A DNA stretch of 64,000 nucleotides from the human T2T-CHM13v2.0 reference genome, Homo sapiens: assembly GCF_009914755.1 (NCBI RefSeq), contig NC_060931.1. One strand, given 5' to 3'. The notes beneath the pieces were generated by a model, which saw only the letters and a program-made list of their open reading frames with translations, was not told the DNA's origin and made no database searches. Positions 1-15,090 of the stretch are shown here, piece after piece. The translations under genes were made by a program, and so were the position numbers. Positions within the stretch are counted from its first letter, which is position 1, and each line of letters starts with the position of its first letter.

Positions 1-1447
1 TGTAGCTGTTGTAAGGTTTTTTTGACAATAAACTTTTCTTAATTTTATGAGTGACTTGATATTTCTATCTGGAAGCTCAAGGAAGTTTTTAAAAAAAGTC
101 TTCAAAGTCTGCATAGTTTGTACTAGGAATATTGAGTTGAATTTCCCTAGCATACCGTGTATTCTTTGAGTGTGTAGATTCAACTTTTATTTTAGAAAGA
201 TTTGCTTGAAGCACAGTTTGATGTATCTGTCTAGTTCCAATTATATATTTTTTTGTCGAGTCCAATTATGTTACGTTATAGACAGTTGCTGTCTTTTGTA
301 TCTGTTTCATTATTTTCATCACTTTCCAACCTCTTTTCCCTTACTGGGCTATTTTAGCGGTATCTTTTTTGGGAGGAACTTTTAAAATTTAGTCTGTGTT
401 TTTGAAAGATACTCTAGACAGATATTTCAAACTGTGTATTTTTTGGGGGAGGATTTTTAAAAATTTAGTCCTTGTTTCTGAAAAAAAAACTCTTCTCACT
501 TATATGTAAGTCTTATCAGCTCTTCCTGTCATTCTGGCCATACTATTTTTGAGCTGTTTTAATTTTGAATTATTGCTTCTTAATAAAAGTAATGATAATA
601 AAAATATAAACTATTTTCTTAATTTCATTTAGGTCATTTTGAAATAATTAACAATTTTCATCTTCGTGGCCACATTTTTCTCAAGTATTTTTATCTATTA
701 CAACATCTTAGAGTGGATTTTTATTTTATTTTCTATTGTTTAAACAAGTTGGTTTTCCTGTAGTTTTAGAAGGAAGAACTTCTGTAGGAGGAGGGGATAG
801 ACCAGTGCAGTTTTTGAGCTGTGTGGCTCCAGGCCGCATTTGTGAATTTTTTTTTTAATTGCACTTTTGAGATGTAGTAAAGCTTTTCACCTTTATGTTT
901 TCCAGGTATTTTGCTTTCTGAATAGACCCCTTTAAATGTATTTTACTGTTGTGGAACTTTCTGAGATCTGTGTCACTTGGACCTCCTGCCCACCTAGAAT
1001 GTGAATCTTATCTCTCCTGGAGGGTTCTCATTCTTTTTGCTTTGCTTAGGTCTATTTCTGTTTCTTGCAATTTCTCCAGAATGGGTCTCTGTTTTCATGA
1101 AAGTAAGAGAGTATTTGTTGGTAGGATACTTCTACAGTCCTCTTAGAGTGTAGAATCTGCCTCTCTCAGTTTTCCAGTTATCTCTGCATTTACCTATATC
1201 TTGGAGCCTGAGAAGGATGTGTTATCTAACTTTACTTAGTTCTCAGATTTTCTTTCCCATCACCAGCATTTGAACTTGTTTGTTCCTTTGTGAAGAATAG
1301 ACTTTTTCTTTATTTTTACATGAGTGGTTCCTTCTGATTAGCATAATTAAAATATTTTCAGAGAGGTGATTTTTTTCTTTTTTTGTACCATCCCTGGGAA
1401 AAAAAAAAAACTGTCCTGCCGTGTCACCACCCCGTTTATTTCTTTTG

Positions 1448-1629
1448 TAGCACTTATCACAGTCTGTAATTACCATGTTTACAATTCTACTTGTTTATTT
1501 TCTGCTGCTTGTCATTTGAATGTTAGCCTCACAACTGGAGATCCTATCTCATATACCATGGTGTTCCCAGAGCCTATCACATTGTCTAGCACAAGACTAG
1601 GACTCAGTAAATATTTGTTTGATAAGTAA
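1448..1629 (+). mobile_element. L2 LINE 3' end fragment
   Basis: tagcacttatcaca...cccagagcctatcaca...ctcagtaaatatttgtttgataa resembles the L2 3' terminus. Confidence 0.6.
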
Positions 1630-2108
1630 CTCCAACAAATAGTAAAATCCCCTTCTTACTATGCTGTTGTCTTAAAATTGGGAAATACTTGTGAGTCTAA
1701 ACCTCTGCAGTATATGTAAGTCTAAGTGATTTGGGAGAAAGCTATCATTTTTATAGTATACTCTTTATAGCTGGAGATATTAAAAATTGATTTAAGAGTT
1801 GATCCTTACTGCATTTTGAATTATAGTCTTTTAAGAAAAAAACGTTTGTTTATTTATTTACATGTACTTATCCTTTCAAAATACAATGTTCTTAGATTTT
1901 AAATCAGAAAGCCTTGAAAAATTATCAGCATTCCCCCTTCCCACACATTTGTAGCTATAATCAAAAACTTTCTAGACTTCCTGTGTGTGTAGATAAAGAT
2001 ATTTCTCGAATATTGGGAGAGAATGCCCCAAGTTTTTACCAAACTGATTAATCTTGGGTATTTAAATGTGTTCCGTATCAGAATTTCCTAATGTATAAGG
2101 ACTTTGGT

Positions 2109-3407
2109 TTTTTTTTTTTTAAACATTTATTTTAGGTTCAGGGCATACGTGAAGGTTTTTACATAGTTGTGTTATGGGGGCTTGTTGTACAGATTGTTTC
2201 ATCACCCAGGTATTAAGCCTAGTACCCAGTAGTGATCTTTTCTCTTTTCTGCTCTTCTCATTCCTCCCACCCTCCACCCTCAAGTAGTCCCAAGTGTCTG
2301 TTGTTTGCTTCTTTGTGTTCATAAGTTCTCATGATTTAGCTCCCACTTATAAATGAGAACATACGGTAGTTGTGCTGAGGATAATAGTCTCCAGATGCAT
2401 CCATGTTCCCACAAAAGAAATGATCTCGTTTTTTTTATGGTTGCATAGTATTCCATGGTGCATATGTACCACATTTTCTTTATCTAATCTGTCACTGGTG
2501 GACATTTAGGTTGACTCCATGTCTTTACTGTTGTTCATAGTGCTGCAGTGAACATTTGTGTGCATGTGTCTTTACGGTACTTTACGGTAAAATGATTTCT
2601 ATTCCTCTGGGTACCTCCCCAATAATGGGATTGCTGGGTTGAATGGCAGTTCTACTTTTAGCTATTTGAGGAATTGCCATACTGCTTTCCACAATGGTTG
2701 AACTAATTTACACTCCCACTAACAGTGTGTTCCCTTTTCTCTGTAACCTTAACCCCATCTGTCATTTTTGACTTTAGTAATAGCCATTCTGACTGGTGTG
2801 AGATGGTATCTCATTGTGGTTTTGATTTGCATTTCTCTAATGATCGGTGATACTGAGATTTTTCTCATATGCTTGTTGGTTGTCATGTATGTTTTCTTTC
2901 AAAAGTGTCTGTTCATATCCTTTGCCTACTTTTTAACTGGGTTTTCTCTTGTAAATTTAAGTTCCTTATAGATGCTGTATATTAGACCTTTGTCAGATAC
3001 ATAGTTTGCAAATATTTTCTCCCATTCTGTAGGTTGTCTGTTTACTCTGTTGATAGTTTCTTTTGCTGTGCAGAAGCTCTTAAGTTTAATTAGATCCCAC
3101 TTGTCAATTTTTGTTTTTGTTGCAATTGTTTTTTATTTGTCTTGAAATCTTTGCCTGTTCTTACGTCCAGGGTGGTATTGCCTAGGTTATCTTCCAGCGT
3201 TTTTATAGCTTTGGGTTTTACATTTAAGTCTTTAATCTATCTCGAGTTGATTTTTGTATATGATGTGAGGAAGGGAGTCCAGCCTCGATCTTTTGCATAT
3301 GGCTAGCCAGTTACCCCAACATCATTTATGGGAAGGGGAGTCTTTTCCCCATTGCTTGTTTTCATCAGCTTTGTTGAAGATCAGATGATCGTAGGTATGT
3401 GGCCTTT
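2109..3407 (-). mobile_element. L1 (older L1PA/L1PB-type) 3' end, 5'-truncated
   Basis: Poly-T, then antisense L1 3'UTR (catcacccaggtattaagcctagtaccc, tagtattccatggtg) and the end of ORF2 (tttgctgtgcagaagctc). Confidence 0.9.
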
Positions 3408-4167
3408 ATTGTATACTTTTTTTGTCTGTCTCTTAAATTTTATGTGTGTTTTTTTTTATGTTTAAAAAATACTTTGTGATCCCCTTGGCCACAGATAACC
3501 ATTCTTGTTCTGATACGGTATTACCCCAGCAGAGTGTTCACATGTAGTGGAAGCTCTATTATAATGGTTTGATTGATTGTTATTACTGACTTTTGTGTAG
3601 GAGCAAGAGTATACATGATACTTCGAATGAAGGGTGTGAAAGCTCTTCATAGAAATGCAGAATGTTAACTTGGCCTTCGTGAGTAGTGTTTCCTAGAATT
3701 GTGCAATTCAACTCCCCTGATTACAGCTGAAAGAAATTTGAGACTAAAGAATTAAACCTTTCCCTTTATACTGCAGATAAAATAATTCAAGTCCTGAGAG
3801 ATTATGTAATGGATTATCTAACCAATTAGTGACCAAGCTCCAAAATCTCAAGATTTCTAGTTGAAGTTGATTTTTTTTCAGATCCATTTTATCATATGAT
3901 TCAACAAAAAGGCAGGCTTTAGAAGGATGTTTTTAAACTACCAAAGGAAAAACATCCTTTTATACTTTTTAAAATACTCTGCTTGACTGACTTTTCTTCA
4001 TATAAAAATTAGAGGTGGCTTTAAAGTATCTAAAACTTCCAATTTAAAGTTGGCGGGGCTTACTGATAAGCATCCTGACCAGCCCTTATCAGAAAAAATG
4101 TTAAATGCTCAATTTTTTGCCCAATTGCTGCTGTTATATTTAAGTATTCTTAAGAGTAGTAATTTAG

Positions 4168-4504
<337 letters not shown>

Positions 4505-6002
4505 TTAAGCATATGTAATCAAGAAAGGTTTTTAATTTGCTGACTTGAATTAAAACCTAAAATGTCAAATAAATTATCTTCTCATGGTGAATTGTAATCG
4601 TTTGTTACTGACATTTAATTGGTAGTATATACAGATATAGTAGATTTTAAAATATGCAAAAATAAAGACATATAACTTGGGAAAAATTAAAACTGTATCC
4701 CATTTTTCAGTTACCCATTTGTGTTTCATTATAAATTTTTAAAGTTCTCATAGAAGAATTTAATTACTCATAGTCTTGCTTTTGTTTTGTAGTCTTTGTA
4801 TGAGAAACTTAAAATGTTATTCATTTTTATTGCTTTCAGTTTTCATCCAGCATTGGTAAGAATGAAAATGTACATTTTAATATTAAACTAACCTGATGGA
4901 AATAGGTAGCCATTTTAGTCTTCAGCCCAACTCTATTTTCAATTCTTCTTAACCAGTTCTCAGTTATTATTTGCATTTTAAATATTTTTAAATGGCAGAT
5001 ATTTAATTTAACTCTAGTTGGCAAATCTTTATTATTTGACTCATATAGTTGATACCGAATTGTGTCTTATAAAATGTATTTTCTATTTTTCTAGATGTTA
5101 GTATAAATGAAAGTCATGGGTATCTAGAAGAGTGTTGTGGTCACAATCGCTTTGGTTGCCAGATCAGTGACTCCTGGCAAGTGGAACTAAAAAGCCAGTT
5201 TCTATTCTTTCTTATTCCCTCTAGTGCATGGTCTCTCAAGATACCCCTCCTTCTGTTCTACATCTGCTTCATTTTTATTATGCTACTGACTGCCTTATTT
5301 CTCTTTTATTATTCTTACCTGGTATCTCTGTTCTCTGTTTCATTAGTTCTGTTTACTTATATATTCTTTGTCTTAGAATTTTATTTCTATACTGGCCCAT
5401 CCCATCTCCTGTCACAGGAGATAGCCAGCCAAGATTAGCAGTCATTGAAATACTCATAAGTAAAAATCACATGTACAAAGCATATTGCCTATGATTGCTC
5501 CTTCAGTAGAGGCTGTGGATGGGGTATTCCGCTTTTAAAAACAAGGGATGTTGAATTGATATCATGATTGACATATGTAGTATAAGAGGTTAACATCTCT
5601 CACTTAGTCCTGAAAATTAAAGGAGGATAGGCTATATATACCACTAGTGATGGTAGATTGTATAAGTCTTTGGAAAGTAATACAAGGGAGGATAATAATG
5701 AATATGTTTTATAGAATACTACTATGGCAATAGGCTCTATTACCACTGCTGAGGGGCTGATGTTAGCAGTCACTACCCTAAACTGGATTCTCCTTTGCCT
5801 TGCAGGAGAGTGGAAATGGGTGGAGGGGAGCAACATCATAGGAGGAAGAATTAAAAACAGTCTAGATCTTACTTTATGTTTTGAAATAAGATCCATTATT
5901 TAAAAATTTTAAAAGACAATGAGCTTTTATTAGTTTCTTTGCTGTCTTTTTCTATGTCTTTAAAATGATGGAAAAGTAGAGCCTGATTTGATTTTCTGAT
6001 GG

Positions 6003-6388
6003 TGTGTTAGTACGTTCTCACACTGTTATAAAGAACTACCTGAGGCTGGGTGATTTATGAAGAAAAGAAGTTTAACTGACTCACAGGTCTGTAGGCTTGA
6101 TAGGAAGCATGACTGGGAGGCCTCAGGAAACTTACAGTCATGGCAGAAGGCAAAGGGGAAGCAAACACCTTCTTCTCATGGCAGCAGGAGAGAAAGAGAA
6201 TGAGTGGGGAAGTGCCACACACTTTTAAAACATCAGATCTTGTGAGAAGTCACTCACTTTGACAAGAACAGCATGGGGGAAATTCGCCCCCCCATGATCC
6301 AATCACCTCCTAACAAGTACCTCCTCCAACATTTGGAATTAAAATTCAACATGAGATTTGGGCGGGGACACAGAGTCAAACCATATCA
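6003..6388 (-). mobile_element. ERVL-MaLR solo LTR (MST/THE1-like)
   Basis: tgtgttag...ccatatca termini, internal ggaggcctcaggaaacttaca...atggcagaaggc; approximate 5-bp TSD gatgg/gattg. Confidence 0.88.
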
Positions 6389-6640
6389 GATTGCAAGTCA
6401 GTTTGCTATAAATGCAGAAAGTTTGCTGTCATGTCAACTATTATTTTCAACAATAACTTTTTACTGTTTTGATAAATAATATATGCTTATATATTATTTT
6501 ATGTATGAATAATATGACAAATAACAAGAAAATAAGTAAAATCTCTTAATGGTATTTATGCCTCATTTTTGGCTACCATTTGTACTTACTTTATATAATT
6601 TGATGTAAATTGGATCATATACCTGCTTATCTGTATAATC

Positions 6641-6661
6641 ACACACACACACACACACACA
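6641..6661. repeat. (CA)n microsatellite
   Basis: About 10 AC units. Confidence 0.9.
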
Positions 6662-6699
6662 TATCTGTATATAACAGGTTTTTAAAATAAGAATAGAAT

Positions 6700-8170
<1,471 letters not shown>

Positions 8171-9399
8171 ATTGTATACTCCTTGGGTAAAATTTCGCAT
8201 ACCTCAAATAGTTGGCAGTCAGCAATGCTTGTCTTATGGGTTTTGGTATACCACTTCCTGTGTTAGGTTTCTGTGGGTCACCAGGAGACACCCCTCAGCA
8301 ATTAGATGGCTTCAACTGACAGGGCAAGTTCTTCTCACCTTTAGGGCAGGTTACTTCTCTTGAAGGTCTTAGTGGGGTAGGGAGATAGCAGATTGTCACA
8401 GCAATACTTATGCAGTTGATGCCTGACTCTTAGGGAGAGAAGTATTCAAGGAATTTATGGTTCTTCTGCTAGGGCCAAGCTTTTGTAAGATTCTTAAAGA
8501 TCTGAGCCTGGCCTCTGTAACCTGGTGGGCTCAGGAGAGTTACTTAGTTGGCTTAGTGCTGGGACTGGAGATCAGCAGGAGTATCTTCAAGCTTCTATCT
8601 TTCCAAACCCCCTAGGCTAACCTCACTCCGTTTCTGGTCTGTATTTTATTTCTTTTTAATTTTCCTTTCAATTTAGTATGAGCTTTAAGTTACAGGTAAT
8701 CAGTGGGATTAATGTACTGTATCCTTTGGTGGGTCTACTTTAATTTTTTTCTTTTTTGTGTTATTTATTTGTTCATATCATTATCAGATATTTATTAAGT
8801 ACCTTGTATATGGCAACATTTAGGCCTATGAAGATGTATCACCCAGTCCTTGTCTTCTGAGCAGCATTTTGCAAAATTTTTCTTTTCTTTCTTCTTAAAA
8901 TACTGTCTTCACTTAGTATTTACACTTTCTAGGTTTTCATTTTCTTTATCTTTGGCATTCTTCGGTTTCTTTTGCTTGATTCTTTTCTTCTGGACCTCCT
9001 AAATGATGGACTCCCAGAGCATAATCAGTCCTTAAGCTTTTCTTCTGCTCTATTTCATTCCCTAAGTCATCTCACTTAATGTTGCGGATTTAAATAGCAT
9101 TGATACATTGACATCTCTGAAGAGTATATTTTATTCAGCACTGGTATTTTCCTTGAATTTCAGCCCCAGATAGCCAATTGCCATATCTAATAGGCATGTG
9201 AAAATTCACAAGACCAAAACATATTGCAACTGTTTGGCCCCCTTGATTTTGCATTTAGTGGTCCATCTGCTCATTTTTCAGGTTATGACACGGCTCTCTT
9301 CCTCATGTTATTGAGGCCTGTTTCTCCTATACTTTTCTTCATAGTAACATTATTCTTTACCACTACTTACCAATACTTTACATTATACTTGACATATAT

Positions 9400-9421
9400 A
9401 ACATATATATATATATATATA
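9400..9421. repeat. (TA)n microsatellite
   Basis: Direct read. Confidence 0.85.
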
Positions 9422-11255
9422 CACTTAATTTTCCAGATGCTGAGAGCTGTTAATCTCCTATTTTTAGAATCAATTTCTTCTCATATTTACTGTGGTTTTT
9501 GCTTTATTTGATTCATTACAACTGACAAATTATGTTACCATCGAATTTCTTTTTTAGAGACAGGGTCTCTCCCTGTTGCCTTCTTGATTTTCTGTCTCAA
9601 ATAATTTAGAAGATATGTGGTACGTTTTTATTTCTATCTTTGTTTAATTTTAAACTTTAAATAGTATTAATTTTTTTTCTTTTTATCAACTTCAGAAACA
9701 TTATTCTTTCCTAGGAACTGTGAAAGATGAAGGAACTACCTCACTTCCATGACATCTAACATTCCCCTCCCCATATTTATTATACTTCATGATTTTTGTG
9801 GTTCCAATGTATCATAGTTATAATGTATTAGGTTTTCCTTCATGCTTTATAACATGTATATCAGTGTGATTTTTAAAAATTCTAGTTCTTTAGCTTTTAA
9901 TTGTCCTGTAGTCTTTTCAAACTCAGTTCATATCTTCAATCTTCTGTGTTTTCTAATTCATTTTTGGGAAAAAGCTTTTTTTGTGATATGAAAGGAATTT
10001 GTGTTAATTTTAGAAAATTTGAAAAAACACAAAAAAGCACAAAGAAAAAAATTACTTGTAATCTCCCTTTGAGAATTATATTAATAACTTAGTATACGTT
10101 CTTTGTCTTTTCTCCCTGTTTATGAATGTTATTACTTTGCAACACTTGATTCTTTACATACACAGTTAACTACTTTTCCCCTTCACTTACTATGTATTGA
10201 ACATTTTCCTATGACATTAAAGTCAAGCTGTAGAATACATAATAATTTACATGGTATTCTGTACAGACATGTTATAATTTAATCCTCCATTGTTAGTTTA
10301 TTTACAGCTTGCTCTTCTAAAGTGTGCTTTGATGAATGTGGATTAGTTATATCCCCTAGGTTTTTTTTTTTTTTTTTTTAGATAAAGTTCTAAGAAGTGA
10401 AAGAATTCTGAGGCTTTAGCATATGGTGATTAAGAGCATGGACTTTGTAGACTGACTGCCTTGGGTTCAAATCCTTACTTAGCTGTATACGTTTAGGCAA
10501 TTAATCTTTTCTTTTTCTTTTTCTTTCTTTTCTTTCTTTGCTCCCTTCCCTACCTTCTTTCTTTTCTTTTTTCTTTTACCTTTTTCCTGCAGTATGTTTC
10601 AATTTCTTAAATTTGTATACTTCCAAGATAATGGTTTATACATAGAAAACATTTAGAAGAGTGTCTGGGACTCAAACACAGTCATTGTCGTGGTTGTCAT
10701 CATTTTTATTTAAAGGATGTACATATTTGAAATATTTTTGCTATCGATTAAATTTTTCTCCTGAAAAGTTACATTAATTTGCATTCCTATCAGCAAAATA
10801 TAAGAGTAACATTTTACCAGCCCTGGCCAACAACTGCTGTTATAATTGTAAAATGTAGTTATTTTTGAGGGTGTGGGACTAATTTTATAGGGACAATATA
10901 TATGTTTATCTTAATCTCCAATTTTTGAATATTGATTTTGGATTTTTTTTGTCCGTTTTCATATGGGGTATTTATATTTAAGTGCTCTTTAAATATTCAA
11001 ATTTTAATTAGCCCAATGTATTTTATTTGCCTTTATTTTTTCTAGTTGGCTGTTTGCCTGTTAATTTGATTTTTAGTTGTTTTATGTGTTTATGTTTTGC
11101 CTTTGTGGAACATGTGTGTAAAGGCAGTTCTTTTCCATACACTGTGCTTTTTAAAAAAATTCATTAATCTATTTTTGATAATAAGTATCTTTATTTGTGT
11201 TGGTATAAATAAGTCTATAATTATTAAGTACCTTCTGTTTGCCAGTATAGATCTA

Positions 11256-12380
11256 ACTTTTAAAAATAGAATTTTTATTGCAGAATAATTTTAGGTTTAT
11301 GGAAAAGTTGCAAAGATGGCATAGTTACTATATATGTTCTTTACGCAGTTTTCCCTTGTTGCTGACATCCTGCATTATTACCATGGTACGTTTGTCACAA
11401 CTAAGATGTCAACATTGGTACACTACTATTAACTAAATGCCACATTTTATTTGGATTTCACTAGTTTTCCCACAAGTATTCTTTCTCTGATCCAAGATCC
11501 CACATTACATTTAGTTGTCATGTTTATTACTCTCCTCTGGTCTGTGAGTTTCTCAGTCTTTCCTTGTTTTTTATTATATTGAGAGTTTGGAGGAGTACTA
11601 TTCATTTGTTTCATTGACCTTTCCTCTGATGTTTTCCTGCTGGTTAGGCTGGGGTTATTTGTATCAATATAGACTCATGGGTATTTTACCACTTAAATTT
11701 TTTTAGCATTGGCCTGTCATTCTCTGTGACCCTTTGACATGATCCATACTGCTCCCTTCTTCTGCCTTTTTTAAAAAACACTTTTTTTCTTGTGTAAGAT
11801 GCTCTAGGTTAATCTTCTGTATTCCCTTACCTGGCTCTGGAATCAGCCATTTCTCCAGCTACTCCTGTTTTCTTTTATTGGAGAGTGGTATGTGGAAACA
11901 TACCATTGTGGAAATACCAGGGTGCGGTGCTGGGTATGTTTTTGGGTACTGGTGTGTCACTGCTTCTAGTCCCCCTCAGTGGACAGAATTAGAAAATACT
12001 GTTTGTGCACACACACCCCTATAATTATTTATATTATATTACGGTAAACACAAGTTTGCACTGATGTCACTGATTCTAATCCAGTATCACAGGGTTCCTT
12101 CTGCCCTCCGTCCCCTTGCCTAACTGTAACATCCCCCTACAAAAGTGAGAAACCTGGCTCCCACATTTACCAGCCATTTACTTATTTGTTCAACCCCAGT
12201 ATGTATGTAACATAGGAATTAACCCATATTCCTTGTGAAAAACAACTTTACCAAATCAAGCAGTGTTTATGTATATAGCTCTGCTTGCCTTTAGCCTTAC
12301 AGTTTCCAGTGAAAAAGCGGTCTTCTAAAGTTACTTATATCAGTTCCTTTTCCACTCACAGTTCTGCTTTTGATGGTATG
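11256..12380 (-). mobile_element. L1MC-type 3' UTR fragment
   Basis: aataattttaggtttatggaaaagttgcaaaga...ccaagatcccacattacatttagttgtcatg...ggaatcagccatttctcc are typical of L1MC 3'UTRs. Confidence 0.7.
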
Positions 12381-12578
12381 CCTAAAAGTGCATCTTACTC
12401 CAAAGATGGACTTTATATATGTATAAAAAATATATATATTCTATACGATGCATGTTTGATATATGTAATATATAATGTAACAATATGATTGCATGCAATA
12501 TAATGCATGCTACATGTAATATGTATATATGGTATTTTATTTTTAGGTATTTTATTGCTTTATTTTTACCTTGAAGTC

Positions 12579-12736
12579 TTTTTTTTTTTTTTTAAAGACA
12601 GAGTCTTGCTATGTTGCCCAAGCTGGAGTTGCTATTCACAGACATGATCCATCATAGCACACTGTGGCCTTGAACTCTGGGCCTCAAGTCTTCCTCCAAG
12701 TAGCTGAGGTTACAGACGTGTGCCACTGCACCCAGC
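12579..12736 (-). mobile_element. Fossil Alu monomer (FAM-like)
   Basis: Single monomer with 7SL-like gctattcacag; TSD tatttttacctt at 12561-72 and 12737-48. Confidence 0.8.
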
Positions 12737-13045
12737 TATTTTTACCTTAAATTCTTAAATATGTATGTCTAAGGTTCATTTTGTCACTTAGTGTAAAGTA
12801 TTAATATAACTTTTTATTTTAAACAAAAGTGCCTTATGAAAAGTCTTGATTTTTCTCTGTTGTTGAAAATACCACCTTTGTCATATTTTAAAATCTTATA
12901 TCTACTAGAAGCTTTCTGTGCTTTTCTTACTCTGTTTTGTTTTCTATTCTTATTCAAGTTCCAAACATTACATAACTTTATGATAATTTCAGCATCTGGT
13001 AGATTATTCCTGTTTTTGCCTATTCATGTTCTCTTAATTTTTTAA

Positions 13046-13162
<117 letters not shown>

Positions 13163-13851
13163 TAGAAGTCACCATTTAAATAAACACTCAATTGATACTA
13201 GTTATCTGGAATCTACTAATAGTTTATTCTCTTTTTGAGATTGTGAGGTAAATTTTTATTCTCTCTATTTTTGCTTGTTTATTAAATTTTGGAAGAATTT
13301 TTATCTCATAGGCAAATGCAGTGTGAGATTTGATGAAACATGGACTTTTACTTCTGTCTACCAGAACAGTTACGCTCAAGTTATTCTGTAAATGTTTAAG
13401 GAAATGTTAGTAAATTGAACTCTGACTCAATGACTATCTTATGGGGAAAATAAACTTAAATAGTTTATTTTATTATAATATTATTATACTTAATATTAAA
13501 ATAATATTTAAATGGCATCAGGACCATGTGCTAAATTTCTTTTCCCTGGCAAGTAGTGTCTGGGGTTGACTGAATTTAAAATCAGTCTTTCAGTTATATG
13601 CGTTCAGCATTAATATTTATAATGTATTAGGCACACGTATGTCCATATCCTTGAAGAAATTAATGCTCTGCTAGGTAAAGCAAATGGGTAAATAATACTT
13701 ACTTTATTTTTTAATTGTAGTATAATTCATGGAAATATATATGTATGTATGTATGTATTTTTTTTTCTCTTTGCCTACCTATTTGGATCCCCTGGTGTTT
13801 ACATGTTTTATTGCAAAAGACATGTCTAAAGAATATATATTTATAATTTTT

Positions 13852-13968
13852 GGGAGCCGCAGTGGCTCAGGCCTGTTGTCTGGTGCATAAGGAGGCGAGG
13901 CTAGGCGTTCGAGGCTAGCCTGGGCAACACAGAAACCTTTGATCTATGTTAAAAAAAAAAAAAAAAAA
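13852..13968 (+). mobile_element. snaR-related (ASR/CAS-like) Alu-monomer-derived small-RNA retrocopy with A18 tail
   Basis: 5' GGAGCCGCAGTGGCTCAGGCCTGTTG resembles the recalled snaR 5' end more than Alu GGCCGGGCGCGG; B box GTTCGAGGC at 13907-15; FLAM-like 3' cctgggcaacac; poly-A. Confidence 0.65.
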
Positions 13969-13969
13969 T

Positions 13970-14263
13970 GGCTGGGCGCGGTGGCTCATGCGTGTAATCC
14001 CAGCACTTTGGGAGGCCGAGGAGGGCAGATCACAAGGTCAGGAGATTGAGACCATCCTGGCCAACATGGTAAAACCTTGTCTCCACTAAAAATACAAAAA
14101 TTAGCTGGGTGTGGTGGCACACGCCTATAGTCCCAGCTACTCGGGAGGCTGAGGCAGGAGAATCGTTTGAACCCAGGAGGCAGAGGTTTCAGTGAGCCAA
14201 AATTGCACAACTGCACTCTAGCCTGGTGACAGAGTGAGACTCTGTCTCAAAAAAAAAAAAAAA
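13970..14263 (+). mobile_element. Alu (AluSc-like) abutting the snaR-like element's A tail
   Basis: gatcacaaggtcaggagattgagaccatcctggcc and gcctggtgacagag diagnostic positions. Confidence 0.93.
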
Positions 14264-14439
14264 GAATATATATTTATAATTTTTATATATAATGTAAAGA
14301 ATAAGACAAATAACCTGTTTATTCATCAGCCATGTTTAGAAATGGAAAGTGACTGCTATCTTTTGAAGCCTCCTTTGAGCCCCCTCTTATATCTTTCCTC
14401 TAACCCCTCCCCAGTAACTATAATTGATGTTTTATTAAG

Positions 14440-15090
14440 CATTTTAAAATAATATTCCATAGATATAGCATATAAATATTTTATGATTTAATTTTTTTGG
14501 CTTTGACTTTATAAAAATAAAATATAAATTGATTCAGTCATTTATAAATTTTCTGTGACTAGCTGTTTTTTAACATGATGTTTATTAATATCGTTATATG
14601 TAATTGTAGTTTGTTCATTTTCACTACCATATAGTATTCCTGTGTATAAATATGCCAAAATGTATTTATCCATTTTGCTGATGATAGGCATTTAGGCTTT
14701 TTACAGTTCTTCGCTATTATGATACAAGCTGCTGTGAACATTCTTATATGTTGTCTCCTGGTACACATGTGTAAGAGTTTCTTTAAGGTATACATACCTT
14801 GGAGTAGAATTGTTGAATTATAGGGTAGGTATATGTGTATTGAACTTTATCAGGTAACAGAAGACTGTTTTACAAAGTAGTTGTAGAATTTATCCTCTTA
14901 ATGGTTGTTTATGGAAGTTGCTGTTGGATCATGTTCTCCTCATCACTTCTATGGGTGGATTTTATATTTTGCCAGTCTAGTGGATTTTTCATTTTAACTC
15001 ATTGTGGTTATAATTTGCTTTTTCCTATTTACATTAAAATCTCTTTGCATATGTTAATGGACTTACATTGTGTTTTTAATCACGCTTTTC
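14440..15090 (-). mobile_element. L1ME-type 3' fragment
   Basis: atagtattcc...tttatccatt...gctgctgtgaacattctt antisense L1 3' motifs; ORF 14559..14795(-) resembles the L1 ORF2 C-terminus. Confidence 0.7.

Noticed and set aside
885-911. AG|GT recursive-splice-like motif ttttccAG|GTATTT (similar one at 41707)
   Set aside because: The regenerated donor is weak and the motif is expected by chance in T-rich antisense-L1-like sequence.
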